DNA from: Ophelia neglecta
Lineage: Eukaryota
Assembly (NCBI GenBank): GCA_965285935.1
Contig: OZ260667.1
Span: 28,954,001-29,018,000 of the forward strand
Length of the DNA stretch: 64,000 nucleotides
Reading direction: 5' to 3'
How positions within the stretch are numbered: the stretch's first letter is position 1; each line of letters starts with the position of its first letter. Made by a program: the position numbers and the translations under genes. Below the pieces are notes generated by a model. That model did not search any database. It was not told where the DNA came from and was given only the letters and a program-made list of their open reading frames with translations. This document shows positions 14,257 to 27,198 of the stretch, piece by piece.

Positions 14257-17200
14257 TGTAGATAATGAAATGTGTATAGGAGGGTTGGCAATTCCTTCAT
14301 ATCATTTGTACACTATCATTCATGTTCCTCCCTATTGAATAATGTTCAACAGCTACTATGCATGATATAATATTAATGCTGAGTTGTGTCAGGGTTATGT
14401 CTACTAATAGTCGACATAATATGCTAAGTTCATTCCACTCGCAATCCGAGTTTTCCCCGTTTTAAAAAATTAATTTACTGCTCTGCTCGATAGCTTTTCT
14501 GATAAATACGGAAAGTCTATTGGAACACATTTTATACATAAAAAGTTAAGATTTATTAATATGATTACATGATACAACCTACCTTTAAGATTTACTCATA
14601 AGGTTTTATTACATCACCCATATAAAATTATATTAAACTATAAAGTACATTGGGAAAAAAAAAACTAGCATAATGTATTGCGTCGTGTATATCCTCGTTA
14701 CAGCTATTCTTCCGGAGGCACTGTTGTTCCTGTCATACCATCTCATCCTGGTGTTAATTTGAGGGGTATTTTTGCCCATAAATCTGATTAGTGTAGAAAC
14801 ATTCTATGTATAGACAGGCCAAATGGTTTGTAGAAAAACGTTTCTTTTCCTGCTATCATAGATGATATAACTAGGGTAAATTGGCTATCTGGCAATTTTC
14901 ATTAATCTACACTTTACAATTTGACAAAGAACATAAATATTTAGGTCACTATAATTTGCCTGCCAATATTTGTCCTGAAATGAGATTGCACAACATTTTT
15001 AAAGAAATAATATTTTCTCAATTGGCCATAATACCTATAGTTTTTACACTGATAAACAATCTGACTTCAGGGTCCATTTTACCCCCTTTTTCTCCCTTAC
15101 CCAGAATTAAATTATTTAACAATATCTTGATTGCGTAATAAGACCTTTTTCCATATAGGTCCTACACATATCCAATGTCCCTCATTTCATATTTCCGGTA
15201 AAATTGGGTCATTTAGCCCTCACTTATTGCCATATCACTAAGTTTTAAAACAAATTGTTTGTTTTTTCCTCTTTTGTATAAATAATTACTATTTTATCGC
15301 CTGGTCGCTATGATATTGTACCTATATAGGCCTGAGCCCTGCGACTATATTTTCTCTCGCCTGAAGCTAAGGCAACGAGGAAGCCTTCGGGGCTTAAACT
15401 CTGCCCAATGTCTTATGAATTTGCTTGCGATAGCAATCAACCACGATCCGAGATACTTAAACAGTTAATCTTAGGGAAAGATAACCCTCCTTATTAAGAC
15501 GAATCACACTATTATGGTGCCTTGTATTTGAAATTAGCTATAGGTTGAATTTGGCTGAAAGCTTGTATATTTTCACCAAACGGTCATCCAATTATAAGAC
15601 GGCTGCTCCTTTTTTACGCATTACATATATATGTACAGTATGTATATAATGAGTTATTTGGAGCAACAGCAAAAATAGCCCCTCAGATCCATGAGTAAGA
15701 AAGCAATATTTTCCAAAATAACCTTTACCCGTACGCTCCAGGTCATTGTGTTTTTTCTATAGACTAGTGAGACTTACATTGACCCTGGCGTCGGTCCATA
15801 CGTCTTCATTTAGGTGAGCCACGCGGCAAATTACTTCCGGGTTGTCCACCATCTTGGTCTGACAGGCCTATACACGCATTGCTCTGACATTGTATGGTTT
15901 CAGAGAACAATATGACACTTCAGGACGACGCTAGCGACAAGTCTTCCAAAAATGCATAGCCAAATATGATACTTCAAACACAGGAGTCAATTTTGAAATT
16001 TTCGCAAGATTGAATTATCTAACTGTCTAGGATTCAAATTGTCTATTTGTTTACGTAGGGTACTGCTACTTAAAAAGTATATATGGGTGTATCTCTTATA
16101 CACCGGTAGCTAATCGTACCTTGATATATTTTTTGACCTACTGAAACTGTTTGAAGCCGGATTACCTGAGCCATGCTTTGCTTAAACAACCAGTTCCATA
16201 GCTGGCCATAAACACCTGAATTCCGATATCATCTATGAGAAAGATCTGTGGGACGGCCACTTCGCATGACAGCTTCCTAACAGCATGTTAATATTTAATG
16301 ATATAAAAGGTAGTTAAGCAAGAAAAAATAAAAACAAAAATTATCAAATAGCCGGAGATACACATAAAAAGTCATGTCCGGCCGGCCGACCAACGTAAAT
16401 GATTAATGTAACCGGATGTTTAATACTTTTCGGTGTATGCGAAAGCAAAGTCACAAGCTATACTCTAATATGTCTTAGAAGAAAGGAGTGTTTACCTGTA
16501 TACACAGCTAGATTATTAAGATGACTGTGAAAGAAAAATGCATTCATTTATTATCCATTTCTTTAAAACGGATAAACCATCACCGTATGGGAAAACCTGC
16601 AGATTTCTTCTAATACAAGAATAAACTGTTTAGGCTAAGCGGCCTTCTCACGATGCTGGCATCGATCTTCGTCTTGGTGAGCAGAATGATTGCAGGAAAA
16701 AAAGGCGCTCCAGTTAATAAAATTAACGATTCTCCCCTAATTACAAATAAAATATAGCGAATCTATATGGAGTCTGGTTGAACAAATTAATTTATACGAA
16801 TTGCGTGATATGTCTCTGTCTGAGGGTACAAATTAATTTAAAAAAAACTCACTCTTGTAAATGAGTCTCTTATACTACAAGGACCATATATCATCCAGTA
16901 TTTGAATAGTAGAAAAATGTGCATTATCTTTTAACAATTATAATCGGCCAACTCTTTAATGTTTTTTGTTAACCGGGACACCAATATCCCACCGTTTTGT
17001 CACCCACATTGGACAATAAACCATATAGGCCTAGGCTACAACCTTGAGACTAGCAGAAGAATGCGTTGTCGTTTTTTTGACGATTTTGTACGCAAAAGGT
17101 AGAATTAAAACGTATGATTTCCATCCTATATGCGTGTGATGAAGAAAGAGGTCAGACTATACAGTTACAGGCTGCATTTTATCTTTCCCTGATTTCCTCC

Positions 17201-17743
17201 ATTAAAAGTTCATTAGTGGGACGATATTCAGGTCACGTGAGATGGGAGCGAGTTCACGGTTAATGTGTTGCGAGGAATCCTGGTCCCAGGACGGCCACAA
17301 ACGGACCGACTGCTCCATTATATAGTCACCGAGCTACCGACGACTTTGAAATGTGTGCCGTGACCCGAATGAGATCCTCAGAATGGCTCCTAGATACAAT
17401 GATGGAATGTTCCCTTGTGGAAAATGTTACTAGGTTAATCTGAAAAAATGTGAATAAACCGTTCTCTCGATCTATCATAGTATAATAGCTGTACATGCAC
17501 GGGTAACTAAAAAAAAATTGTAGACTCTTAAAACAATCATGGTCATATATATTAAGGTACATGAAATACCTTAACATCAGTTTTTGAATAGGAAAGTTCA
17601 CACGTACTAATATACACAACGTGTATTAGCATAGACCGAGGGTTTGTTATAGACATGCGTATATCTATCTTAATATTTTCGACCGCAAGTTAACATGCGA
17701 TCTACCTGTAAGAATACGGCATATTTAGCACCAAGGCTTGACT

Positions 17744-17788
17744 TCACCGATACCCTCATCACCGTTACCCTCATCACCGATACCATCA
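17744..17788. repeat. Tandem repeat, 3 x 15 bp TCACCGATACCCTCA
   Basis: tcaccgataccctca tcaccgttaccctca tcaccgataccatca. Confidence 0.8.
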
Positions 17789-20700
17789 TAATAAGCCATC
17801 CATTTATTATAGTCCCGGCGATTATTATAGACATAACAGGTGTTTATTATAGATACGGCGTTTATTTTAGGTCATGGAAAGGGGGGGGGAGAGGGGCTGC
17901 GGTTTAGGTCTTTAGGCTGAGTCTTCGTTGATATATCCCATGTCCTGATCGCACGTCTAGTTTGGCTAAACGTGAAAGTTCTTTCAACTGGTAAATTTCC
18001 AACCGATGAGAAAAACCTGAGATCTTCATTGAGAATAAACTGTGTCGTCTGCTTATTATCCTGCAGGGCACACATTATGGACACTGATCCCATCTTACAG
18101 ACCTAGAATGGACCGGGCTCTGGCGGGTTTCATTTCATTATATTATTCATCAGCGACTTGGCAATAAACTAAAGACACGATGATGAAAAAGCGTTCCAGA
18201 ATCTCCATCATAATAAACGGACAGTCTCTGATATGCATTTGGATGTTTCCTCCAAATGAGTTGAGTACAGGCTGGAAAAATATTCTTCATTACCTTTTGT
18301 CACATCACATTAGGATTGTGATGTACAGTCAGTGCGTCAGGAAAGCACTGCATAGCACTGCACTTAGAAAATCTATGTTAATTAGATTTACCGGGATTTT
18401 AAAGAATTGCGCTTTGAGACTTACAACCCAAGTTGAAAAAGATAATCTTATAGAGATGGCGCTGAAGGAAATGCAATGCTAATCTAGGCGGAGAGTAGAC
18501 CGAAGTAATGCTTAATTCAATTATTTGGGAAACACGTAGGCTTGCCCACAGGAATTTGTATTTAAGCTGATTATGCCCACGTATACGGTCTAGACTTTCA
18601 ATGAAAATAGTTCCGAAAATTGAGATCCGAAAATGCACTTATATAATTAGGATATTTTAATAATCTGTAATCGTAAATTAGTTCCTCGACCCTAACGATT
18701 CATATGGACCACATTAGCCTTAATCCGAATTGACAACTGTATTCATACCAATTTTCAATTTAACTAAAACGTCCCGTTTACGTTTTCAAATCCTCAGACC
18801 ATTATTGTTTACCCCCCCCCCCCACCCCTTCTCACATTTAGAACCCTTTCGGCGATTTGCCTTCGATTAATGCGCTTGTTTTAGACATGAGCTATTATAT
18901 AAAAATATGGTTAAGTAAGGGGGGGGGGAGGGCGTTTAAGATAGGTAGACAAGATCACCTGTATATCAACATCTAGTCATCCTATCTTTATTATAATATT
19001 TCTTAGGCGTTTTATAATCAAACAGCTCAGTTATGAACTGGAACTAGGTCAGACTTCAACTCTATTGTTATAACTGTCCGGTTTCTGCTTTTTATGGATA
19101 ATGAGTTGCATTGGTTTTCATGTACTATTTTTCACACAAGTTAATTCCGGATCGACAAATACAAAGTAGTTTGGAGGACCACCAGGCCTCGTGATTGTTG
19201 AGCTCGGACAGGGCTATTCGCGGCGGCTCAGCCTGCCTGTTATCAGAGACGAAACCTTTATAGATGCTCACTGATGGAGATGTGTCGGATAGAGTCGAGC
19301 AATATTTGTTCTGCCATATTGCAATCAGCCAAAGAGGGCTTGATGGGCGATATTAGGCGGTTTATGCCACGGAAGCTGGAAGGCTCACCCTGCAGGCTTG
19401 CTCAGTGGGCACACAGCAAAGTAGGGATTGACAGCATCCCTTGAGAGAGCGGTACCTACAAGGTCATCAGGGCACCCAGGACCAATCGCCGCTCGCCATG
19501 TAAATGTTTTATACGGTGCAGAAAGCTTGGTTCCAGCTTTTAGACCTTAATGCGCTCGCCTGTCGCCGGTTAATGCATTAGGGCCTCTCCTGGGTCGCCT
19601 CCCAGGCTGAATTCTGGCTTCTCTGTCACACTCGGCAATATTTCATTGTATATGATCCATTTTCTATATACGCAAATATTCGTGTAATATCGAGAATGGA
19701 CTCGGTGGAATGCTCTATTCTATCAGTCTTTTGTAATACAAATCGTCCAGCCCGCATGACGCCATATCGGCCTCGGTGATAAGTTACCACCAGGCGCGGG
19801 GCATTCGCCCACTCTCAACTGTGGAATTGTCCAGGAAAAAAATTAATTAATAATAACCGAGTTAACATGTAGCGAGGAAGAGAGGAATGAATTAATATCG
19901 ATAAAGTGAAGCAATCAAATACAAAGTGAATGTCCCTATACGTTCCTTTGTCTGAACTGAAATGTTTTCTCATAAACGGCTTCATCAATTCCGAAAGTAA
20001 AGTACAAAACCTTCCTTAAATGCCCCCCCCCCCACACACACACACACTCATTTTTTTCCTTGATAACCAGAAGCCATTTCTTAGCTAATAACAGCACGGC
20101 CCCTCCTGCGCCCTTTTACCAACCCTCCCCATCATCTCACCGTTGTTTAATCATCCGGTTAAATCCGAGGAACATTTGGCCGCTGGTAAGACTACAAGTA
20201 GGCCCATTCTATAGATATACATATTGAAGTGTTTGGCATTCAATGTGTTTTCAAATGCTATACTAATCTGATGATTTGAATTGCACAGTTCGATGAAAGG
20301 GATCTGTTACCTTAGCATCAGTTGCTTACAGGAAACATTACAGTCATTTGAATAAAAAAAATGAGAGTTGATACCCGACAGACAAAGACAAATAATGAAC
20401 AAAGAATGGTCCACAAAGTCGGCCACCGAAAAGAGAATTCCAATATAAGAAGACATCCAATTTGGAACGAGGAAACGGGGAAAACTACGGCGGCTGAATA
20501 ATAGTGTGAGAAACTAAGTCGACATAATAATTAACGAGCAAACAACCTCTAAGATATATAGGTTAGATGGCCATTGTAAAAATATATTCTCTCTGTTCTA
20601 CACTATAACGTCCACAAGCCAACTGAGCTAAAATAAAGGGCTAGTTGATAATATTTTACATACAGCTAGTTGTTCGATAACAGAATTTCAACAAAGCTCA

Positions 20701-22890
20701 TGGTTTCATAATTTTCAGTCAGTGTGTGTTTCCAAATTACGTCACTTATATTATATATGTTACTTCTACATTTTTGGCCTACAAAATAGATTTTGTTGTC
20801 AATGATAAATTGTCCACTACTTCTGCATAAAGAGTGTGGTCATTTGCATCTAATTTGCACCAAATACAAGATAGAAATTTTTCGCATTTGTTCTTGAGTC
20901 TTTTCAAAGTTGAAAAAGATCACTAAAATGTGTAGCATTCTCCATGGTATCTATATCCTAGAAGGGTGCTTCGGATAGCCTGTAAACAGTATAGGGGACT
21001 TGATCGTGACTGAACCCCCAATTTTTCTCTGGAATATCGTATATGCAATTTGTTCGAGATATCCGATACACCCAGAGTTAAGTCTAGTCTTCCTTGTGTG
21101 AGACTGGTTTATGGGGAATGGTGGAAAAATACGCCCACCCTAACTTAGGTCAATTATCTCTCATGGAGCCAGACGACAAGGAACTGAATCGTAAATTAAC
21201 TGCTCAATGGCGTTTTCCTCCCCAGAGGTGGTTAACGCATACTTTCTTATTGTATATACCCCAAAATAGTTGGATTAGGTCACTTGCATGGAGCGGCAAT
21301 GGGCTTGGTGATGTTTAGTCGGAACCTGTAGGGGCAATCACAGAATTAATGGTATTTTTCTATATACACACTTTCGGCCCATTATAACCATTTGTGTGAT
21401 TAGCGAACAGGTGGATTCGAAAAAAGAATTTCAGGCTAAGAATAACTATTGCAAGGTCGGAGAGGTCCTGAATTAGTTAATGTTCGTGACTGTCTATAAT
21501 GCTAGGGAATTGTCTGTTCCATTGTTAGGCTGATTGCCTCCCTATCCTGATCTGGAAGCTTTCCACATATATGTATACAGACGATAGAATTATTATGGCT
21601 CGGAAATAAATGATAAGCCTCTACTTGGCCGGAAATGAAGCGAGTGTTTATAATTAGATTTGAAAAGAATGCTCACTTGGTCACATTCGATGCGATGCAA
21701 TATCGAGATGTGATTGCATTTATCCAGAAAACTGAAAGACTATCAAGCTCTACCAATTATGGTATTAATTCCAGTATGTTTGACGAAAAACGATCTAAAT
21801 GAATCTTAATCCATCCTCGGCTGAAATAGAACTGATGGCCTGTTGTATTTCCTATACAAGTGGCTTCTACTTGGCCGTAACTTGCTGAGATTATGAACTG
21901 TAGTTCCTTGTTAGCAATCGACCTTGAGCCAATCTTGCTGGCTTGACACGTCTATGTCACTGTTTTGTACCAGCGTTCAAGGTCACTGGCATCTTCACTG
22001 ACAGACTTTGGAATTGAGTTTGCATTGAAAACCATCCGACTGTGGTAATAATTTGTCGGGATGGGTCGTCTTTATCTATTCACATTGATCTCCCTAATAT
22101 CGAGTTTTCCCTAAATTTTCGAGATATCTACTAGGTGTGCAATGTGTCCTGTTTTGTCTCTCATTAATGAGTTAGGCTCATAGATCAGCCTGGCAAGTAG
22201 AATTCTTGTGCAATATTCACAGTATTTATGTTTCATAAAGGGATTTCCCCAAAATGTTTTATTCAGTTTCAATGCGTTTCCTTATTGAAGGGCACTCCGG
22301 GTAATTGGACCTCGCTGGAATTTCTTGTGCGATAAACCACTGTTTGTGTGTGCGTATTTCACGGGCTCAACAAGGCCTCCGATGTAATATAGCCTAACCA
22401 TCAGTTTGGCTCACCTCTCCAAAACGAGTCCCTTTTGTCATGACAGTGTCGTTATGGTACTCTTGTCATCCCCCGAGCCAAGGGGCTAAAATGCGTCCGA
22501 TATGGCGTGCCAACGAGCGGCGTGTACGAAGCTACCCTGATGAGTTAAGCCTCCGGTTCATCAGAAGGCTCCGCCATTCTTGTCAGAATATGACGTACAC
22601 ATCATTCCTTGTATCTATAGACATCGAGGCCCCTGACAATTGTAGTTTATTAAATCATACATGTCGTGATCATCAGCATGTATAGGGCGGCGGCCAATTT
22701 CTACTTTTTCAATGAATAAATATAATTTGTATTTTTACTGGCAACACGAGGGAAAACGTTTGAAATAAAATAGATAGGGTTATAGCCTAGTTTTGTCACA
22801 CATGCAGTAAACTGTTGATAGAGGACATACAGTGGAGAAGAGATAGACACTGGATATACCCGTATAGGACCTATCACCAATGTGAAAATT

Positions 22891-22997
22891 AGCCATTGGC
22901 CTAAACAATGAGTTTTCGGACTAATGGCTTTCAGACTTATGGTTTTCGGACCAGTGGTTGTTCGGACCAATGGTTTCCGGAATAACGGTCAGTCCCC
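22891..22997. mobile_element. Probable non-autonomous element (MITE-like) remnant with 15-16-bp internal repeats
   Basis: Five tandem copies of ~TTTTCGGACCAATGG (22913-22988) ending in GTCAGTCCCC, plus one inverted copy AGCCATTGGCCTAAAC at 22891. No coding capacity. Confidence 0.45.
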
Positions 22998-25900
22998 AAC
23001 TGATTACCAAACCCATGCAGAGTAAAAAATGTATCAAAGCTCCGAGTGAATACTCCCTGCGGGTATGACGTCAGAATGACTTAGACGGGTTTCTTCCAAT
23101 CATAATGGCGTACAGCAATTACGTCACAATCAACAACATGATGATCGCTGCGCGGGAACTATGAAAAATGGTTGGACACTGGCTTCACTGCTCTGCAGAC
23201 CTAAAAAGCGGGCGTTTATCAAATGCAATATATTGGGGCTTTGCCAACAAGCCATGATGGTCCTCCCTCGACCCAATAAAGAAACAGTAAGGTATTCAAA
23301 TCAGCAGCTACTGTTTGCCAAGAGAGTCTTCCAGAGAAATAGCTGCTTCTTCCACATGTCCGAGCAATGCTTACGCTGATTGCTTGGCTGCTAAGCGGCA
23401 TTACCTTCCTACCTCTGCTCCTCTTGGCCTCTGATCGATTAGATTTTACTCGGAAAAACCAAGATCTCACTTCAAATTAAAGTCGCTGTAATTAAAATAA
23501 CCCAGCACCCTTCAGTCTAAAATTAACAGAAATAATGCTTCTATTAGATATCATGCTTTGTTGCTCTGTTAATTCCACTTATATTTTAACATTTATGCCC
23601 TCATACATACATAATATCTGATAAACCAGAGCTAGTTCTTAAATCTTGTACTGCAAATCATTGAATTAGTCGGCCGGTCGTTGAGGAGCTGTCACTTTTT
23701 CCAATTGTTTTATTTTGTTTAACGGTTGAAAAGGAAAGCCGAAATTCATGTACGCGTTGTTATCCCAACAAACTTGAAACTTATGCAAGAAAGTCAGCTT
23801 TTAGTACTTTAATCAAATATGATATTTCGTTCTTATTTAGCTCCCATTGCAGATATGTTTCTTCTTCTTGCTTAAGATCTCGTTCTTAGAGTTTTTGAGC
23901 TTTTTTTTCGCTAAAAAAAACACCAACGTTTGCTCTCATCGGAGTGATCATGTGACACTCCTGCTGAAATAGTAGCAGCAATTAATTTCCTGAAGAATGG
24001 CTAGAGTTAGGAGGTGTTTCCGTACCGGACTGGCGTCTCATTAAGGGAATTACTGGTTTCCAGTCCAAAGAAAACGGAGGCCAATCAGGGTGCGAACCCA
24101 ACGGACGTGTGTAATTTGAACTGTGATTTGGAGCTTTACAATGTGCATACCTGATGAAGTCTCCCGGGAAAGAGATGCTTTACTGCCTACAAATGGTGTT
24201 AGTTGATAGAAGCAAACGCCGAAGCAATTGGCTTCTCTTTTGGGCCTACTATTAACTAAGATTTACACTATTCTAATAATTCCATCAACGCTTTATTTCA
24301 AAAATATTTCAGTTGTGTTTAAATTCGTAATAGGATGAACCTATATATATCTAACTAAGTGCGAAATTCATTTGCGACACAAGAACTATGTGGAGAGATA
24401 GTATTTCAATGAAAGACAAACAATTTAAGGTGCTGAGCAGGATTCCAGTACTAGCATGACCGTTTAGCATTAGACGTTCTTTAAATTTCAATGTTCAATG
24501 TGTGTATTATGTAGCTTGATCAAACGAAGGAAACAAGTCAAAGAGTGATCAAGTGAGGAATCTAAAATTGTATGGAGAAAGATAACTTGGTGACTGTGGC
24601 AAGTATAGCCTGATGGAGGTATTAGTCCGCTTCCTTTGGTTCGTCTATTGATTGTTTTAACTTACACTGGAAATCATGTGACCCCTTTACAGGCCCACAC
24701 CCTAGATATCCACGTGGTAAACCTATGTGTTTTTATTACCAAACGGTGCTCATTACTCAAAGGAATATGAATAGTGAACTTGACCGTCACGTGTTGACAG
24801 GTCGGTCACGTGCAGCTCAACAACATCAACATCCTGCACACAGGGCTGGGCAGACGGGCAATTATTGGTGGGGATTCTTGCCAAGTATTGACAGGAAGTC
24901 ACGAGACTTTGGTTGTGACTAAACATTGCGTGGAGAATGAATTCTTATGTCTGAATGACATATTATATTTAGGATATCGGTATAGGCTTATATAGACCTA
25001 TATAAGCCTAATCTGCCCTGTATGAATAACACAAAATAACACCGCCATTGTCCGTCCCTGAATGGTATGTGTCCTTGTCAATGTCATAGTCCTCACCAGA
25101 TCCGTCAGACAAATAGTCCTCTATATCTGCCCTAAAAGTACTGCAGTCATTTGGGTTATTTCAGAATATAAACATATATGTGAGCCCGGCCGTTTGGGTG
25201 ATGGACACCATCACGCTTCAGGTACTGCATGGCAAAGAAAAGAGACCCTTCCCCGAATTTGTATTCATACGCCAACATACAAAGGTTTGGTGATATTCCT
25301 GCTTCCGGCTGCAAAAAAGCACCGCCTGTACATAGTATTGAAAGACAGAATGAAGACATAATGGGTATGCTCTCTTCTCCGCCCTGCGTGGGCAAAAGAA
25401 GAAGATGGTCCTGTCAGCAAAGATATTTGTCACATTAGTCATGTTTAGGACATTCACATCACACATGTCCTATCTCCCTAGTAGGTAAATGTGATATGCA
25501 GCACAAATGACTATACAATGCACATGGAGTTTAACAAAACTAGATCTATGGCAAATTAAAAAAAACAACCTGTGTCCTCATCATGGACTCATTGCTTTAT
25601 TATTGGGCAACATTCTTAAAGTCAGTGTAAGAACAGGGAATGCTCGCTGCTCTTGTTTTATTGGCATAAGGCCGACTAGGCCCAGTTGCCTTCTCCGTAA
25701 CCTAAGAAGCAAGCCCAGAGTCATTGTATATTCGCATGCAGAAGGACATTATGCATGGGAAAGGCAAATCTGCCTTCTCGTATGGCACAAGAACAAAGCC
25801 CTGTAGAATAAAGTCAAGGAGTGAAGACATTTTCACCTCCTTGTGTGTGCCGGAGATAAGTAAGCTGCCGTCTTTTGGGGCCTCTAGAGGCCCCAAGTCT

Positions 25901-27087
25901 TTGTCGGTTTCACACCCCAGTAGAAGGTGCCCGGGGGGAGCGCAGTCGAATCATTACCAGCCCCTCACCAGGCTACAGATCAATGCCTCAAACGATGGTG
26001 AGAAGTTGGCTGTTTACATGGCAAGCATTCATTTGAAGGCAGTAGTAACACTTGAAAGAATCGCTTCTCGAATGGCTGCCAGCCAGAATAAGTCATAATG
26101 AGTATGTATAGATCTACTGTTGATGAGCATTATATACTGGACGCCTGCAGTATATGAACTAAGACTATCTCAGCGTCTCATTCGCTAAAATTCGCAGTTC
26201 GCCTTACAATAGATGGCCTATTATGCCAACCACAAAGCTGGCAAATTGGACCTTTTCAATGCTTACTATTTCATATTCATTTATTTGGGTGGTAAGGTTA
26301 TTGCTGAGAAATGAAAGCTGTAATTTGGTGTTATGTTTCTCACCCAGCAGCTCCTGTGTCTGCTGGGTCGGCTGATCCTGTTTAACCTCGTCAATCGATG
26401 CTTGTCCTGACGGCTCGTCTGAGATAATAGGCCGTCTAAAGCCCCACTTCACTCCGTGACCCGACCATCTCCCACGGCTCACTACACACCCACCACAATC
26501 AGCTCATAACCTGCTCGCCGCTCAACTTCCATGAATTTTGACCAGTTTCTTTCCCCTTGTGATTTGCGGAGGCAGCAAGGAGTGATGCTGGCCGAAATCA
26601 GGTTATTCGACAGTGTAGAGCCTAAATAAGAATCCCGCTGTCAGACCATATCCTCTAACAGCCCTGTTAGTGGAATGGCGTTGGTATTTGATGAATCCAC
26701 AGGTCAAACGCATGCCAGAGAGACTGTGTTTGCCGCTACACGACTTTGGTGCGTAAAAACACGAAGCCCAAGCCAAATTCCATAGCAATTTGGAACATAA
26801 CCATTATTTTGAATAACTAGAGCCTTGACCCTATTAGTTTTTCATACTTGATAATCGTTTACAGAAGAAAAGAACATGCAAAAGTAAAGTTGGTCCTGAT
26901 TATACTGGTCTTGACCGCCGGGCTTAATAACCAACTATTTCATTTAAAGGAGCCATTTAATGGGGTCTCGACCCCCTCCCACTATTTGTTCTTCTTTCTG
27001 CAAATGGCTCCAGGGTGTCATGAAAGTTGAAATGGGAAGTAGTGTCTCTTCCAACAAGTATTTGCACCATCCATGTGACAACAGATT

Positions 27088-27198
27088 CCCCCCCCCCCAC
27101 CCCGGACCCATCTCCCCCCCCCCACCACCACCACCCCCACCCTACCCCGCACCCACAACACCTCGACCCGACCCACCTACTCTCCCCCCCCCCCCCCC
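27088..27198. repeat. C-rich low-complexity tract (G-quadruplex-capable on the minus strand)
   Basis: Several C runs of 5-15 nt and CCA repeats within 110 bp. Confidence 0.7.
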
